In this document: positions 18,716-28,824 of the stretch, piece after piece
Layout of the letters: every line of letters starts with the position of its first letter
Numbering within the stretch: the first letter of the stretch is position 1
Assembly (NCBI GenBank): GCA_016786805.1
Contig: JAEUVP010000557.1
Location: 8,710 to 72,709, forward strand
Source: Chitinophagaceae bacterium
GTDB taxonomy: Bacteria > Bacteroidota > Bacteroidia > Chitinophagales > Chitinophagaceae
Length of the DNA stretch: 64,000 nucleotides
Direction of reading: 5' to 3'
Position numbers and translations under genes: made by a program
The notes under the pieces: model-generated
Told to the model about the DNA's origin: nothing
Seen by the model: the letters and a program-made list of their open reading frames with translations, nothing else
Database searches by the model: none

Positions 18716-21154
18716 TCAATTATTTTTCAACAGCGTCAGTGTGGTTCCGTCGCTGAACTGCAATAGATACACACCGGGAGATAACCGGGAAATATCCAGC
18801 AGATGAGGCCGGCTGGTAATCACTTCCTGCATTACCAGCCTTCCGCCTGCATCCGTAACCCTAACCTTCGTATTCAGTAATGAAATATCATTGAAGGATA
18901 AATAAATTTTATTCGTCGCCGGGTTAGGAAACAGGAGGACCCCTGACCCGTTAACTTTGATTTTTACGATAGCACTATAAGAAAATTTTCCGTCATGATC
19001 TTCGATCTTTAACCGGTAATAAACAATCCCTGTATGCAATGAACAATCAGTATATGTGTAGCGGTGATCACCATCTCCTGCAGAAGCTTTTGTTCCTTCC
19101 GGAACAAACGAAATTCCATCTGCACTTTTTTCAATGATGAACTCTTTCACATTCACTTCATCAGCCGTCTGCCAAATTAGGTTGGTACAACCGCCAGCGG
19201 CATGACCGGAAAAATTCAGTAAGCGGAGAGGCAGGGTACCTAATTGTGTTTTGACAAAAAAACCACTGAACCCGCTGATATCAAAACTAACTTCCCAGCG
19301 GGACGCAGCCGCGTTCCACACGCTGGTAAGTGATGCATTGGGGATCGTTTGTATCGCCCCGGTATAACTTTCAGGTAAGCCTGTTCCGTTGTTACTGATC
19401 CCTCCCCTTTTTTCAATTTGTATATTGGCAATACCTGAAGCATCTGCGGGCCCGGTCGGCAACTTAACACTGTTCACCGCATTGAAATCATTAAATTCCT
19501 GTTGACGGAAATACAGGGTGACCCTTGCGGTCGCTGTTCCCGGGTTCAGTTGCGGACTGACTTCGTAATGCCGTTTGACATACTGCGCAGGTTGTGTGGT
19601 TTCGATCCAAACTTTGGAAGTGACTGTTCCGGTAATTGTATAAGGAGCCCCGGATTGCACCGCACCCACCAGGCTCGAGCAGTTGGAAAAATAATTGACA
19701 CCGGTGGGGTTCATACTGAGTTGAACGGTCGTGGCAGCCGATGGCAAAGGGTTGGCAGGACTGTTCGCATGTTCTCCTTCATAGGCACCAATGTCAAGGG
19801 GTGAACTGCGGGAAAGACCGAGTATATCTGTCAGTGGCGATGCACCACTGCCGGCATTCGTTGCGGGTGATCCGCATTGCAAACGTAAACCATCATCTGC
19901 TGTACCCCAGCGGTTATCAGCACCGTCCCCATCCGCTAAATTTACAAATTGCGGATTCCCGTTCAATACGTTGTTCGTAACTGTATTGGTAACACTTAAC
20001 GGGGAACCACTGGCATCCCGGATGATACAGTTATTGAAAGTGGGCAGGTACTGCACTCTTGTTTCCTGGCTGTAAATTTCATTACGACCCGGGACACTGC
20101 TGCTGGTCGGTGTATTATTCCAGAAGATACAATTGGTAAAGACGGCATCTGCAAATCCCTGGTAAGCCGTACCCGCAAACGATGAGGTATTATTCGCGAA
20201 GGTGCAATTCGTGATCGTGGTAAAATTAAATTCGCCGCCACCCATACAAATAGCCGCTCCGTTTTGGGAACTGTTATTATAAAAGACACAGTTGATCACT
20301 TGCGTGGATCCGCTGACAATATACAAACCTCCTCCGCGGGAAGCATCTAAGAATCCCGACCCGCTTGTGTTATTGACGAAATAGCAACGGGTGAGCACAC
20401 AGGCACCGGCCAGGATATTCATACCCGCACCAAATACACCGAAACTGGCACCCCCGTTCAAAAAGGAGTTGGCATCAAAACGGCAATCCGTGATCGCAGA
20501 CGAACATTGGTCATTCATCATACCCGCTCCCCAGGCATCATCATTGGTATCGGTGCAGTCTGCACTGTTACCGGTAATAATACAATTGGAGAATACAGTG
20601 GAAGAAAATGTATTATAAATTCCTGCGCCCTTATACCGGTCAATGGCACGGGTACCGACCGTCACACTCGATAGCCAGGGAGCGGTAGCATATCCTTTCG
20701 TAATGGTAAATCCGTCCAGCACACTGGTATTGGATAAATTAACGGAGAGCACTACATGATAGGCATTATCAGTAAGCGTATTGACCACACCGAGATCACC
20801 ACTTAATATAGTAACATTATTAATGGGACTGCGTTGGCTCAGTTGTGTCTCCGTACCCCCAAAACCGCCATAGATCTTCACCGTATTTTTCAACAGGAAA
20901 GTTTTATCCCTGTTATTCGCAGGTGTTGCGTTACCAAAAGGATCATGTGTCGGAAGATAGGTGCCGGCCTTCACCCAGATACTGGAATTGGTACCGGCCA
21001 GGTTAATAGCAGCCTGGAGGTCTCTTTTAGCAGTGGCCCAGGATGTTCCTGCACCGGAATTATCTGGTCGGGCTGCATCCACATAATACGTGACCTGTGA
21101 ACGGACAAGAAAGCAACTGAACAATAAGGTAGCAACAAGCAGTAGTCTTTGCAT
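18716..21154 (-). CDS. T9SS-sorted secreted protein with right-handed beta-helix (pectate-lyase-like) repeats
   Basis: Signal peptide. Repeated N-x-x-F-x-N-N / G-G-A-I-type turns (FANNTS, FYNNSS, FVNNTS, IITGNSA). C-terminal Por_Secre_tail pattern (LLFPNPATNKIYLSF...LSPGVYLLQF). Confidence 0.85.
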   Translation of the reverse strand: MQRLLLVATLLFSCFLVRSQVTYYVDAARPDNSGAGTSWATAKRDLQAAINLAGTNSSIWVKAGTYLPTHDPFGNATPANNRDKTFLLKNTVKIYGGFGGTETQLSQRSPINNVTILSGDLGVVNTLTDNAYHVVLSVNLSNTSVLDGFTITKGYATAPWLSSVTVGTRAIDRYKGAGIYNTFSSTVFSNCIITGNSADCTDTNDDAWGAGMMNDQCSSAITDCRFDANSFLNGGASFGVFGAGMNILAGACVLTRCYFVNNTSGSGFLDASRGGGLYIVSGSTQVINCVFYNNSSQNGAAICMGGGEFNFTTITNCTFANNTSSFAGTAYQGFADAVFTNCIFWNNTPTSSSVPGRNEIYSQETRVQYLPTFNNCIIRDASGSPLSVTNTVTNNVLNGNPQFVNLADGDGADNRWGTADDGLRLQCGSPATNAGSGASPLTDILGLSRSSPLDIGAYEGEHANSPANPLPSAATTVQLSMNPTGVNYFSNCSSLVGAVQSGAPYTITGTVTSKVWIETTQPAQYVKRHYEVSPQLNPGTATARVTLYFRQQEFNDFNAVNSVKLPTGPADASGIANIQIEKRGGISNNGTGLPESYTGAIQTIPNASLTSVWNAAASRWEVSFDISGFSGFFVKTQLGTLPLRLLNFSGHAAGGCTNLIWQTADEVNVKEFIIEKSADGISFVPEGTKASAGDGDHRYTYTDCSLHTGIVYYRLKIEDHDGKFSYSAIVKIKVNGSGVLLFPNPATNKIYLSFNDISLLNTKVRVTDAGGRLVMQEVITSRPHLLDISRLSPGVYLLQFSDGTTLTLLKNN

Positions 21155-21340
21155 AATTAAAATTTAAAGCAGGTAACCTTGAATGGTGTCGCATAAATAA
21201 TAAATTTCTAAGACGGTGAAATGAAAAATCAACGAAACAGCATTAATGGGCTACGGAAAACACAGGTTAGTAGAAAAGTGAAATGAACATGCAACGCTGC
21301 AGTAACCCGGGTTGTTATAACTGGCAACAAAAACTATTGT

Positions 21341-21748
21341 ATGAAAAAAACAATTTCCCTTTTACTGGCGGTACTGACATTAAATATCTTTACTGCCTGT
21401 GATAAGTGCTGGGAGGAATGCCGCTTGATCCCTGCAAAAGTAATAAGGTACGATTGTGACCAGGTGATTTTCCAGTTGCTCACCAATGAGATCCTTGGTG
21501 ACAGTACCTGGTTGGATGTCAATAGCGGGCAGGTTTATAGTAACGTGGTCAGTTGCTTTAATACCTGTGAGATCGCAGCGATCACAAAAGGAGAATACAT
21601 GACGCTGTATGTAAACCCTGAAAAAACAGACCTGCCCCTTCCTCCTGCGGATTGTTTCCAGTGCCAGGCGATCGCCAATGATCCGCCCAAAACCAGGATG
21701 ATCTTCAGGGACATATCAACGAAGCCTTGTGAGGCTGTACCAGAATAG
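21341..21748 (+). CDS. Cys-rich lipoprotein, unknown family (paralog of 62919-63311)
   Basis: Lipobox LNIFTAC. Conserved EC.LIPA, DCD.VI, W.DV.SG, NVVS, LYVN, C..CQA, PPK, PC blocks are shared with 62919-63311. Confidence 0.55.
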   Translation: MKKTISLLLAVLTLNIFTACDKCWEECRLIPAKVIRYDCDQVIFQLLTNEILGDSTWLDVNSGQVYSNVVSCFNTCEIAAITKGEYMTLYVNPEKTDLPLPPADCFQCQAIANDPPKTRMIFRDISTKPCEAVPE

Positions 21749-21807
21749 CAACAACAAGAGCTGATCATAAAGTTGCAGCAATAGCTGACGGTTGATGAAC
21801 ACCGGTG

Positions 21808-21850
21808 ATGACCTGTTTTAATCTTTTTTAAAGCAGGTCATTTCTTTTCT
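21808..21850 (+). terminator. hairpin ATGACCTG-N18-CAGGTCAT followed by TTCTTTTCT
   Basis: 8-bp stem with a T-rich tail, between convergent genes 21341-21748 and 21922-22977. Confidence 0.5.
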
Positions 21851-21921
21851 AAAAGCTGCTCCGGCAGATGAAATGCTCAAGTACCTTAGCAGAGTGTGGT
21901 TCATCTTCCTCAAGGATAACT

Positions 21922-22977
21922 TTATATTTTTACATAACTGTCCAGGTGAATGGACAACCTCACCTGGAAATGAGTTGCTTCATTTTTAATTTCAAGTTGG
22001 TAGTCGGTAAACAACAGGTCCAGTTGTCTCCTTAAATTACTCAACCCGATATTTTCCTTGAGATGGCCGGAAGCACTATTCTTGCTTTTTGAATTCTCCA
22101 CAACAAAATCTAATTGACCCTCGTGGACCCGCAACTGCATCGAAATAAACGGTTGATGGATGGTTTCGGATACCCCGTGCTTAAACGCATTTTCCACCAG
22201 CGGGATCAGTAATAAGGGCGGAACCGGCTGACCGGCATCATCGATCTCCTCCTGTATCGTGATGATCAATGATTCATCATACCGCATCCTTTCCAGTTCA
22301 ATATATTCCCGTATGATTTTCATTTCTTTCCCGATGGAAATAAAGGACGCGTCCGATTCATAAAGCATGAAACGCAAAATGGCAGACAGGCGCAAAATGG
22401 CACCGGCCGTACGGGGCGACCTTTCTTCTGCAAGCGAATAAAGGTTATTCAGCGTATTAAAAAGGAAATGCGGGTTGGTCTGTGATTTTAAATAACTCAA
22501 CTCAGCAGTTTTCTTTTCCAGCTGGAGCCGGTTATTCCTGTTTTTTAACTGTACAATATGAAGCAATAACTTGATCGTGGTAAAATAGGCGATCCCGTAT
22601 AATAGGAAAATGATACCCCTGACAATGTAACCGCTGGTCATCATCTTTTTTTCGATCATAGGGTAGATCCCGATTTGCATCCCCAGTTTCAGCCAGCCCT
22701 GGTATACTGCAGAGATGAGAACAAACACAAGGACACCGGCCGCGATCCGCCAGGGAATTTTGTTGTTTCTTGTATTGACAAATGGAATAAGAACATGAAA
22801 GAGTAAGAGGCTCACCAGCAATCCGTAACCGTTTTGCCAGCAGGTATAGCGGTAGGACGGGCCGAACTCCGCGGCATTATAATCCACGGAAATGATGATA
22901 GCAATTGCCCACAACAGGAAATAGGAAGCACCAATCAATAAACTGGTTACTAATTCGCTCTTAAAAAAACCCTTCAT
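21922..22977 (-). CDS. LytS/YehU-family sensor histidine kinase (no adjacent response regulator)
   Basis: Multi-TM N-terminus. QTNPHFLFNTLNNLYSL, LIPLVENAFKHG and IGLSNLRRQL boxes. Confidence 0.85.
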   Translation of the reverse strand: MKGFFKSELVTSLLIGASYFLLWAIAIIISVDYNAAEFGPSYRYTCWQNGYGLLVSLLLFHVLIPFVNTRNNKIPWRIAAGVLVFVLISAVYQGWLKLGMQIGIYPMIEKKMMTSGYIVRGIIFLLYGIAYFTTIKLLLHIVQLKNRNNRLQLEKKTAELSYLKSQTNPHFLFNTLNNLYSLAEERSPRTAGAILRLSAILRFMLYESDASFISIGKEMKIIREYIELERMRYDESLIITIQEEIDDAGQPVPPLLLIPLVENAFKHGVSETIHQPFISMQLRVHEGQLDFVVENSKSKNSASGHLKENIGLSNLRRQLDLLFTDYQLEIKNEATHFQVRLSIHLDSYVKI

Positions 22978-23172
22978 AAGTTATCATTACCGCAGGTAAA
23001 TTAATGGATTTCTATACGACCTCGCGCTATTTTACTATGAATAAAACCAGGGGGCTACAAAAAGGCAATAAAAGTCTACCAATCTGTCTGCAAAAAAAAT
23101 AACTGGTAAAATACTCTTTAGCGGGGCAAAAAAGTTGAAGCACCTTTAATCCAAATATAAATTGAACAACAA

Positions 23173-23985
23173 ATGAAAATCAAATCGGTTCTCCTGCTCT
23201 CAGCGCTGCTCATCAATGTAGTGATCCTGGCAGGACAGCAAAACGACACAATTAGGGTTACCGCCAAAGACATCAACACCAAAGTATTGAAAGAAGGTAC
23301 CCACCGGTACCTTGTATATTTCAAAATGAAAAAGGACTCTGTCCGCACCATGTCCCAGTTTTGGACAAGAACCATTAAACGCACGGAGTATAATGGCACT
23401 CCCGCCATCGAGATCACACAAGAATGGGAAGACAAAGATAGTATCATGCATATTGTGCGATCCTACTCAGATGCAAAGACCATGCAACCGCTGTATCATC
23501 ATACCTGGTGGAAAGTGCAGGCCGGCAGGAATGCAACCACAAAGACAGTCACCTCGACCATCGTGGATATGACCGGTAATACAGTAAGTTACAATGGCAG
23601 GTTACTCAGTGATGCAGATACCGCCAAACAAGTGAAGAAAATATGGGATGGCTATAAATCATCCCTTGGTAAATTTTACCTGAACTGGCACCTGGACCTG
23701 GAAACTTTTCCAACTTTACCTTATAAAAAGGATCTTACATTTGTGATCCCTTTTTATGATCCCGGCACCGCTTCTGATTTTCAAACAGTGGCCTATACGG
23801 TAAAAGGAGAAGCTGAACTGGAAGGATATGATCAGCAAAAAATGAAGTGCTGGTTACTGGTGCATGAATCACCGGGGAACAAAGAGACGTTCTGGATCAG
23901 TCAAAAAACAAGGGAGGTCCTGAAACTGGAACAGGTGTTTGGAAGCATGTACCGTTATAAAATAAAATTAGGATTTAGTAATTGA
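23173..23985 (+). CDS. secreted hypothetical protein
   Basis: Signal peptide MKIKSVLLLSALLINVVILAGQ. No motif recognised. Confidence 0.5.
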   Translation: MKIKSVLLLSALLINVVILAGQQNDTIRVTAKDINTKVLKEGTHRYLVYFKMKKDSVRTMSQFWTRTIKRTEYNGTPAIEITQEWEDKDSIMHIVRSYSDAKTMQPLYHHTWWKVQAGRNATTKTVTSTIVDMTGNTVSYNGRLLSDADTAKQVKKIWDGYKSSLGKFYLNWHLDLETFPTLPYKKDLTFVIPFYDPGTASDFQTVAYTVKGEAELEGYDQQKMKCWLLVHESPGNKETFWISQKTREVLKLEQVFGSMYRYKIKLGFSN

Positions 23986-23992
23986 GCATAGG

Positions 23993-24736
23993 ATGAAATT
24001 AACCTTCGTACTCGGACTCTGTATTTTTTATTGCAGCGCACAAAGCCAGCAGGTCAAACAACCTGACACGGCTTATTTCAATAGGGCAGGCAGGAAAACA
24101 AATCACAGGGATTCAGCTGAATTTTATACAGTCAGGCACTATAACCCGGAAGACAGCAACCGGGTAAGAATGACCAAACAGGCCATGAACGGACAGTTGC
24201 TGGGTGAAAATTATTTTTCCAACTTCAAAAAATTGATAAAGGAGGGCACCAGCAGGGAATACCATTCTTCGGGTGCCCTCGCAAAAGAGATAAGTTACGT
24301 GAACAATAAAATCGAAGGCCTCTTTCTTACTTATTGGCCCGATGGTAAAATAAGGCGCAGGGACCTCTGCCGGAATGATACCCTGGTTACGGGCCAATGT
24401 TATACCCGGGAAGGAAATGACACCATTTATTTTGAATATGAGCAGCCGCCCAAATTCCCGGGAGGGCAGGATTCCTTACGGAAATTCATTGGACGCAACC
24501 TTAAATACCCTCCAAATGCAAGATTGGATGCTATCGAAGGAACAGTGTATGTACTGTTCACAGTGACCAAAGAAGGGTCCGTAACAGAAGTCAAAATCTA
24601 TAAAGCTGTATCGCCGGAACTGGATGCAGAAGCGATCAGGGTTGTTAGCCGGATGCCGCCTTGGATGCCCCGCAAGCTGGAAGGGGAATTAACCCCATAC
24701 AATTTAGTGTTACCCGTTGCATTCAGGCTCGAGTAG
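23993..24736 (+). CDS. TonB C-terminal-domain protein with MORN/YwqK-like repeats
   Basis: Signal peptide. EYHSSGALAKEISYVNNKIEGLFLTYWPDGK repeats. TonB_C pattern PPKFPGGQDSLRKFIGRNLKYP...IEGTVYVLFTVTKEGSV. Confidence 0.7.
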   Translation: MKLTFVLGLCIFYCSAQSQQVKQPDTAYFNRAGRKTNHRDSAEFYTVRHYNPEDSNRVRMTKQAMNGQLLGENYFSNFKKLIKEGTSREYHSSGALAKEISYVNNKIEGLFLTYWPDGKIRRRDLCRNDTLVTGQCYTREGNDTIYFEYEQPPKFPGGQDSLRKFIGRNLKYPPNARLDAIEGTVYVLFTVTKEGSVTEVKIYKAVSPELDAEAIRVVSRMPPWMPRKLEGELTPYNLVLPVAFRLE

Positions 24737-24830
24737 TTATCCGGTTATTTTAACGTTCATTTTTTCGCAGAACATCATTTGCCATCTAACTTTACACAAA
24801 CATGGTTATACAGAGTGAAAATGAACAGTT

Positions 24831-25421
24831 ATGGAAAAAAAACTCTTTGCATTCCTGGAAAAGTACATGCCCCTGGAGAAAGAAGAAAAGCAGGCGATCA
24901 CGGACCTGGACTTATTCAGGAACTATAAGAAAGGTACGGTCATTTTGAGGGAAGGGCATATCGCCAGGGAAAATTATTTTGTCATCAGCGGTTGTATCCG
25001 GACTTATTACATCATTGACGGGGAAGAAAAGACGACGGCCTTCTTTACCGAATTTGAATCCGTGCTTACAAACAGCATCAGGAAGGATAAACCCGCTGAA
25101 TATAACCTGGCCTGCGTGGAAAATACGGTCCTCGTTGTTTCCAATCCCTCGATTGAAAAACTAACCTTCGAAAAATTTCCACGTTTTGAAAAATTGTGCA
25201 GGATATTTTCCGAGCAGTTACTCGCAAAGAACCAGGCTTCCTTCGATTCCTTCCGGACCAACACACCGGAACAACGCTATATAGAATTACTGGAGAAAAG
25301 GCCGGACCTGGTGCAAAGGGTGCCTCAATACCAGCTCGCCAGTTACCTCGGTATAAAACCCGAATCTCTGAGCCGCATCCGCAAACGCCTGCAGGAGCAG
25401 GTACAGCAGGTCGTGAAATAA
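24831..25421 (+). CDS. Crp/Fnr family transcriptional regulator
   Basis: YFVISGCIRTYYIIDGEEKTTAF beta-roll. HTH VPQYQLASYLGIKPESLSRIR. Paralog of 2542-3120. Confidence 0.9.
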   Translation: MEKKLFAFLEKYMPLEKEEKQAITDLDLFRNYKKGTVILREGHIARENYFVISGCIRTYYIIDGEEKTTAFFTEFESVLTNSIRKDKPAEYNLACVENTVLVVSNPSIEKLTFEKFPRFEKLCRIFSEQLLAKNQASFDSFRTNTPEQRYIELLEKRPDLVQRVPQYQLASYLGIKPESLSRIRKRLQEQVQQVVK

Positions 25422-25438
25422 GGGTAGATACGCTTTAC

Positions 25439-25481
25439 TTAACATAAGTCAACCAAAAGCTGGCAGGGTTGAATCACTTTG
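25439..25481 (+). promoter_or_regulatory. FNR-type box TTAACATAAGTCAA (25439-25452) plus -7-like TCACTTTG (25474-25481)
   Basis: 18 nt after the regulator stop. Spacing 35 nt. ATG of the target at 25500. Confidence 0.55.
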
Positions 25482-25499
25482 CCGGATAAATCAAACACA

Positions 25500-26123
25500 A
25501 TGGTCAGATCAACGGCACTGGTTGTCTTATGCATGGCGCTAAGTTGCTCAGCAAAAAAAAATAAGGTAGACAAGTACATTGATAACCCGCTGGTCGAAAC
25601 ACTCTTCCAAAAAGATATTGAAATCAGGGAACTGGATGCCAGGACAGATACGGTTAATTTGGAAGCGTATGATAAAAAACACCGGGAGCAGATATTCCAA
25701 CTGCTGGCAGAAAATAAACTGGTGACCCCGAAAGATAAAGTGAGAGCAGCCTGGATCTTACAGCATACGGCGGCAAGATATTGTGATGGAGAAATAACAA
25801 GCTTAAGTCCTGAAAACTTTTTATTAGCATATCAGCTTTCATCCGCTGCTTTGCAGCAACTCACAGCACATAATGATACGGCTGCGATCAGGAAACAAAA
25901 TGTACGCCGGGTGATCGCCCTGAATTATGACCGGTATTTATTGTATTCCTTCGGGTACCAGAAATTCGGAACCCAGTTTGTTTTTGACGATACAACAGGA
26001 GAAATGCTATTGGCCCCCATTGATACAAGCCTTTCAACGGACGAAGAAAGAAGTAGATTCGATGTGGAAACCCTGGATCAATTACTCGCAAAATATAAAA
26101 TGAAACCCCTGCCCCGGAAATAA
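25500..26123 (+). CDS. lipoprotein, unknown function
   Basis: Start moved to ATG 25500 (MVRSTALVVLCMALSCSAKK lipobox). The tracked TTG start at 25479 overlaps the predicted -7 box. Confidence 0.5.
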   Translation: MVRSTALVVLCMALSCSAKKNKVDKYIDNPLVETLFQKDIEIRELDARTDTVNLEAYDKKHREQIFQLLAENKLVTPKDKVRAAWILQHTAARYCDGEITSLSPENFLLAYQLSSAALQQLTAHNDTAAIRKQNVRRVIALNYDRYLLYSFGYQKFGTQFVFDDTTGEMLLAPIDTSLSTDEERSRFDVETLDQLLAKYKMKPLPRK

Positions 26124-26193
26124 GTAAGCCCCGGAACTTGTATAACGGCCCCACTCCTCACCTGCTGCAAAAAAAACCGGAACCATCTCCTTC

Positions 26194-26237
26194 TTAACTT
26201 AAGTCAACGGAACTGCTGTGACGCAGCGGCATTTTTG
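26194..26237 (+). promoter_or_regulatory. FNR-type box TTAACTTAAGTCAA (26194-26207) plus -7-like CATTTTTG (26230-26237)
   Basis: Spacing 36 nt. Flanks (TTCTTAACTTAAGT.AACGG ... TTTTGCAG.AT) resemble the 3131 promoter. 128-nt leader before ATG 26365. Confidence 0.55.
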
Positions 26238-26364
26238 CAGCATAAGTGAAACATGATGCAAACAATCAGGGCTTTTCGTGAAGTTCATACTGCTGCTTTA
26301 AGGCAACGATACCCAGACTGCATCTCGTGTACAAATTCTGGTTACCGTTAATGCATTTTCAACG

Positions 26365-27294
26365 ATGAAAGCAGTCATTTATAAAAAATATGGGGGACCG
26401 GAGGTGTTAGAGTGCGTGGAGACGGAAAAACCGGTGCCCGGTAGTAAAGAGGTGCTGGTAAAAGTGGAAGCCTCTTCTGTTTCTGCAGGAGTGACCTGGA
26501 TGCGGAAAGGGAAATACCAGGGCTCATTATTATTTACGGCAATGCTCCGTTTGATGTATGGTGTAATCAAACCCAGGCAGCAGGTTTTAGGTGTCGAATT
26601 TGCAGGAACAGTAGAACAGGCAGGCGCAAAAGTAAAGTTATTCAAACCGGGAGATAAAGTATATGGTACAACGACCGGTCTGAAAACCGGTTCGTATGCA
26701 CAATACATAGTCATCCCGGAAAATCGCAGGCAGGGAGTGATAGCAGTAAAACCACCGCAACTTTCCATGACGGAAGCAGCCGCACTTCCAGTAGGCGGTA
26801 TGACGGCCATCCACCTGCTTACTAAAGCGGAATTAGGTACGGGGCAAAAAATTCTGATCTATGGTGCATCCGGAAGTGTGGGAACAAGCGCAGTGCAGGT
26901 AGCCAAATATGCCTGTGCAAAAGTGACGGCTGTTTGTAGTACCGCGAATGTGGCATTGTTAAGTGAGATCGGTGCTGACCATATCATTGATTATGCCCGG
27001 CAAGACATGATGCAACTGAAAGATCGGTTTGACATTGTTTTCGATGCGGTAGGTAAACTCCCGGCTTCAACAGCCAGGCAGTTGCTAAAAAAAGGAGGCC
27101 GCTACTGTACGGTTCGTTCAATAACTGAAGAAAAGACAGCTTACCTGCGATCACTGCACCAGATGATTGAGCAGGGAGAATTCCACCCGGTGGTCGACCG
27201 GGTTTACCCAATGGATAAGATCGTGGAAGCACATCAGTATGTGGACAGGGGACATAAGAAAGGGAATGTGATCATTACCCATTGGCCCGTGTAA
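26365..27294 (+). CDS. NAD(P)H-dependent medium-chain dehydrogenase/reductase (quinone oxidoreductase-like)
   Basis: MKAVIYKKYGGPEVLE N-terminus. Rossmann motif LIYGASGSVGTSAVQVAK. C-terminal GHKKGNVIIT. Confidence 0.85.
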   Translation: MKAVIYKKYGGPEVLECVETEKPVPGSKEVLVKVEASSVSAGVTWMRKGKYQGSLLFTAMLRLMYGVIKPRQQVLGVEFAGTVEQAGAKVKLFKPGDKVYGTTTGLKTGSYAQYIVIPENRRQGVIAVKPPQLSMTEAAALPVGGMTAIHLLTKAELGTGQKILIYGASGSVGTSAVQVAKYACAKVTAVCSTANVALLSEIGADHIIDYARQDMMQLKDRFDIVFDAVGKLPASTARQLLKKGGRYCTVRSITEEKTAYLRSLHQMIEQGEFHPVVDRVYPMDKIVEAHQYVDRGHKKGNVIITHWPV

Positions 27295-27417
27295 AACAGG
27301 TGGACCGGCGATATAACAATTCCATAGACACTAATTGTCTTTGTATAGATGGTACCGGAACTAAGCAGCCTTACATTTCAGGGGCTGGTTATTGCTGCAT
27401 AAATTTATCACCACTTA

Positions 27418-28650
27418 ATGTACGCACATATGAAAATAGTAAAACACGCAGGCTGCCTGCTCGTACTGCTGTTGATGGTCGCAGGTACTGGTGTTGTATT
27501 ATATGGCCAGGTAGATACAGCAGATAAATCAGGCATGCCGGTCCTGCTGAAATGTATAGATCGGCTCAGGGGATTTGCAGGCTTTGAATACGATGCCAGT
27601 TTTAAAATGAAATTCTTTGACAATGCTGATACTACTGACTTTTATTCACGGCATTGCAGGGTACTCAAAAAACAGGAAGATACAATATTGAAATACCATG
27701 CCCTTCTCTCCTATGGCGGTACAGATATTGGTTACACGGGGGAACAGTTCTTTATGAGCAATAAAAAAGAAAACTGGCTGAAACGGGAACCCGCTGCAGT
27801 TGTGGGGAGAAGTTTTATACGCAATAATATCGGGCTCAACTTTGTACCCAACTTCATTTATTCTACCGACCCGCTCAATAGCTGGATCAAAGCAGCCATT
27901 GATATTATTAAGCTGGAGGATAGCAGGATAGCCGGCAAAAACTGTTATGTGATAAAATTTATTTTCAAAGCCGATGAAGATATCACCCGGTCTGAGAGAT
28001 ACCTGTATATTGATAAGCAAACATTCCTGCCGGTCCGAATGCAGGGATATGCAGAATACAAAGGCATACAGCAGGAATACCAGGAACTGGTCATTAAAAA
28101 CCTGGTGGGGATCAGGGATAAGAAAGCAACGATCCGGTACAATTTTACACCGGGACTGGAACCGGAGCCTTTTGATGCTGCAAGAAAGAAAACAGAACAA
28201 CCCCTGTTAAATACAGGAACAGAAGTGCCACGAATTACCGGCAGGTATATAGATAACAAACCCTTCCAACCCGGAGAGCTGTCGGACAAAAAACTGATCC
28301 TGTTGGATTTTTGGTACCTCGCCTGCTCTCCCTGTTTGAAAGCAATACCTGAACTCGCTGATTTGCAAAAAGAGTATTCATCCAAAGGGTTGCAGGTGTT
28401 GGGATTGAACAGCACCGATACATCAGCAAACAAAATTGCAGAAATAAAAAAATTCATGCCGGTGCTGAACATGAATTACCCGGTGGTCCTGGTCAGCAAA
28501 GAAACAGAACAGGCCTTCCGGGTTACGGTCTGGCCAACAGTTTACCTGGTAGAGAACGGTAAGATCATCTATGCCGGAAAGGGGTACGATGAAATTGAAT
28601 TTAAAAATTTAAGATCCATTATTGAACAGCGCCTGTCAATTGGAAGATAG
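27418..28650 (+). CDS. TlpA/ResA-like thiol-disulfide oxidoreductase with an N-terminal extracytoplasmic domain
   Basis: Signal/anchor (second ATG at 27430 gives MKIVKHAGCLLVLLLMVAG). Thioredoxin fold with LILLDFWYLACSPCLKAIPEL (CxxC). Confidence 0.8.
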   Translation: MYAHMKIVKHAGCLLVLLLMVAGTGVVLYGQVDTADKSGMPVLLKCIDRLRGFAGFEYDASFKMKFFDNADTTDFYSRHCRVLKKQEDTILKYHALLSYGGTDIGYTGEQFFMSNKKENWLKREPAAVVGRSFIRNNIGLNFVPNFIYSTDPLNSWIKAAIDIIKLEDSRIAGKNCYVIKFIFKADEDITRSERYLYIDKQTFLPVRMQGYAEYKGIQQEYQELVIKNLVGIRDKKATIRYNFTPGLEPEPFDAARKKTEQPLLNTGTEVPRITGRYIDNKPFQPGELSDKKLILLDFWYLACSPCLKAIPELADLQKEYSSKGLQVLGLNSTDTSANKIAEIKKFMPVLNMNYPVVLVSKETEQAFRVTVWPTVYLVENGKIIYAGKGYDEIEFKNLRSIIEQRLSIGR

Positions 28651-28824
28651 CAGGTATGACACATTGATCAAAAAGAATGAAACAGGTTTCTCTATAAACG
28701 AAAATTGGGGCATCCCCTGTTGCAGCGGATTCAATTAAACTTGTCCGGCCCCGGTTGATATAAACGCGTATCGGTAATTTGATTCAAAGAAGAATCCTTT
28801 TCCTGTTGTGACATTTCCTTGCTG

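Noticed and set aside
27646-28472. 184-aa and 175-aa minus-strand ORFs
   Set aside because: Antisense to the TlpA-like gene 27418-28650, which carries a CxxC thioredoxin motif. No independent support.
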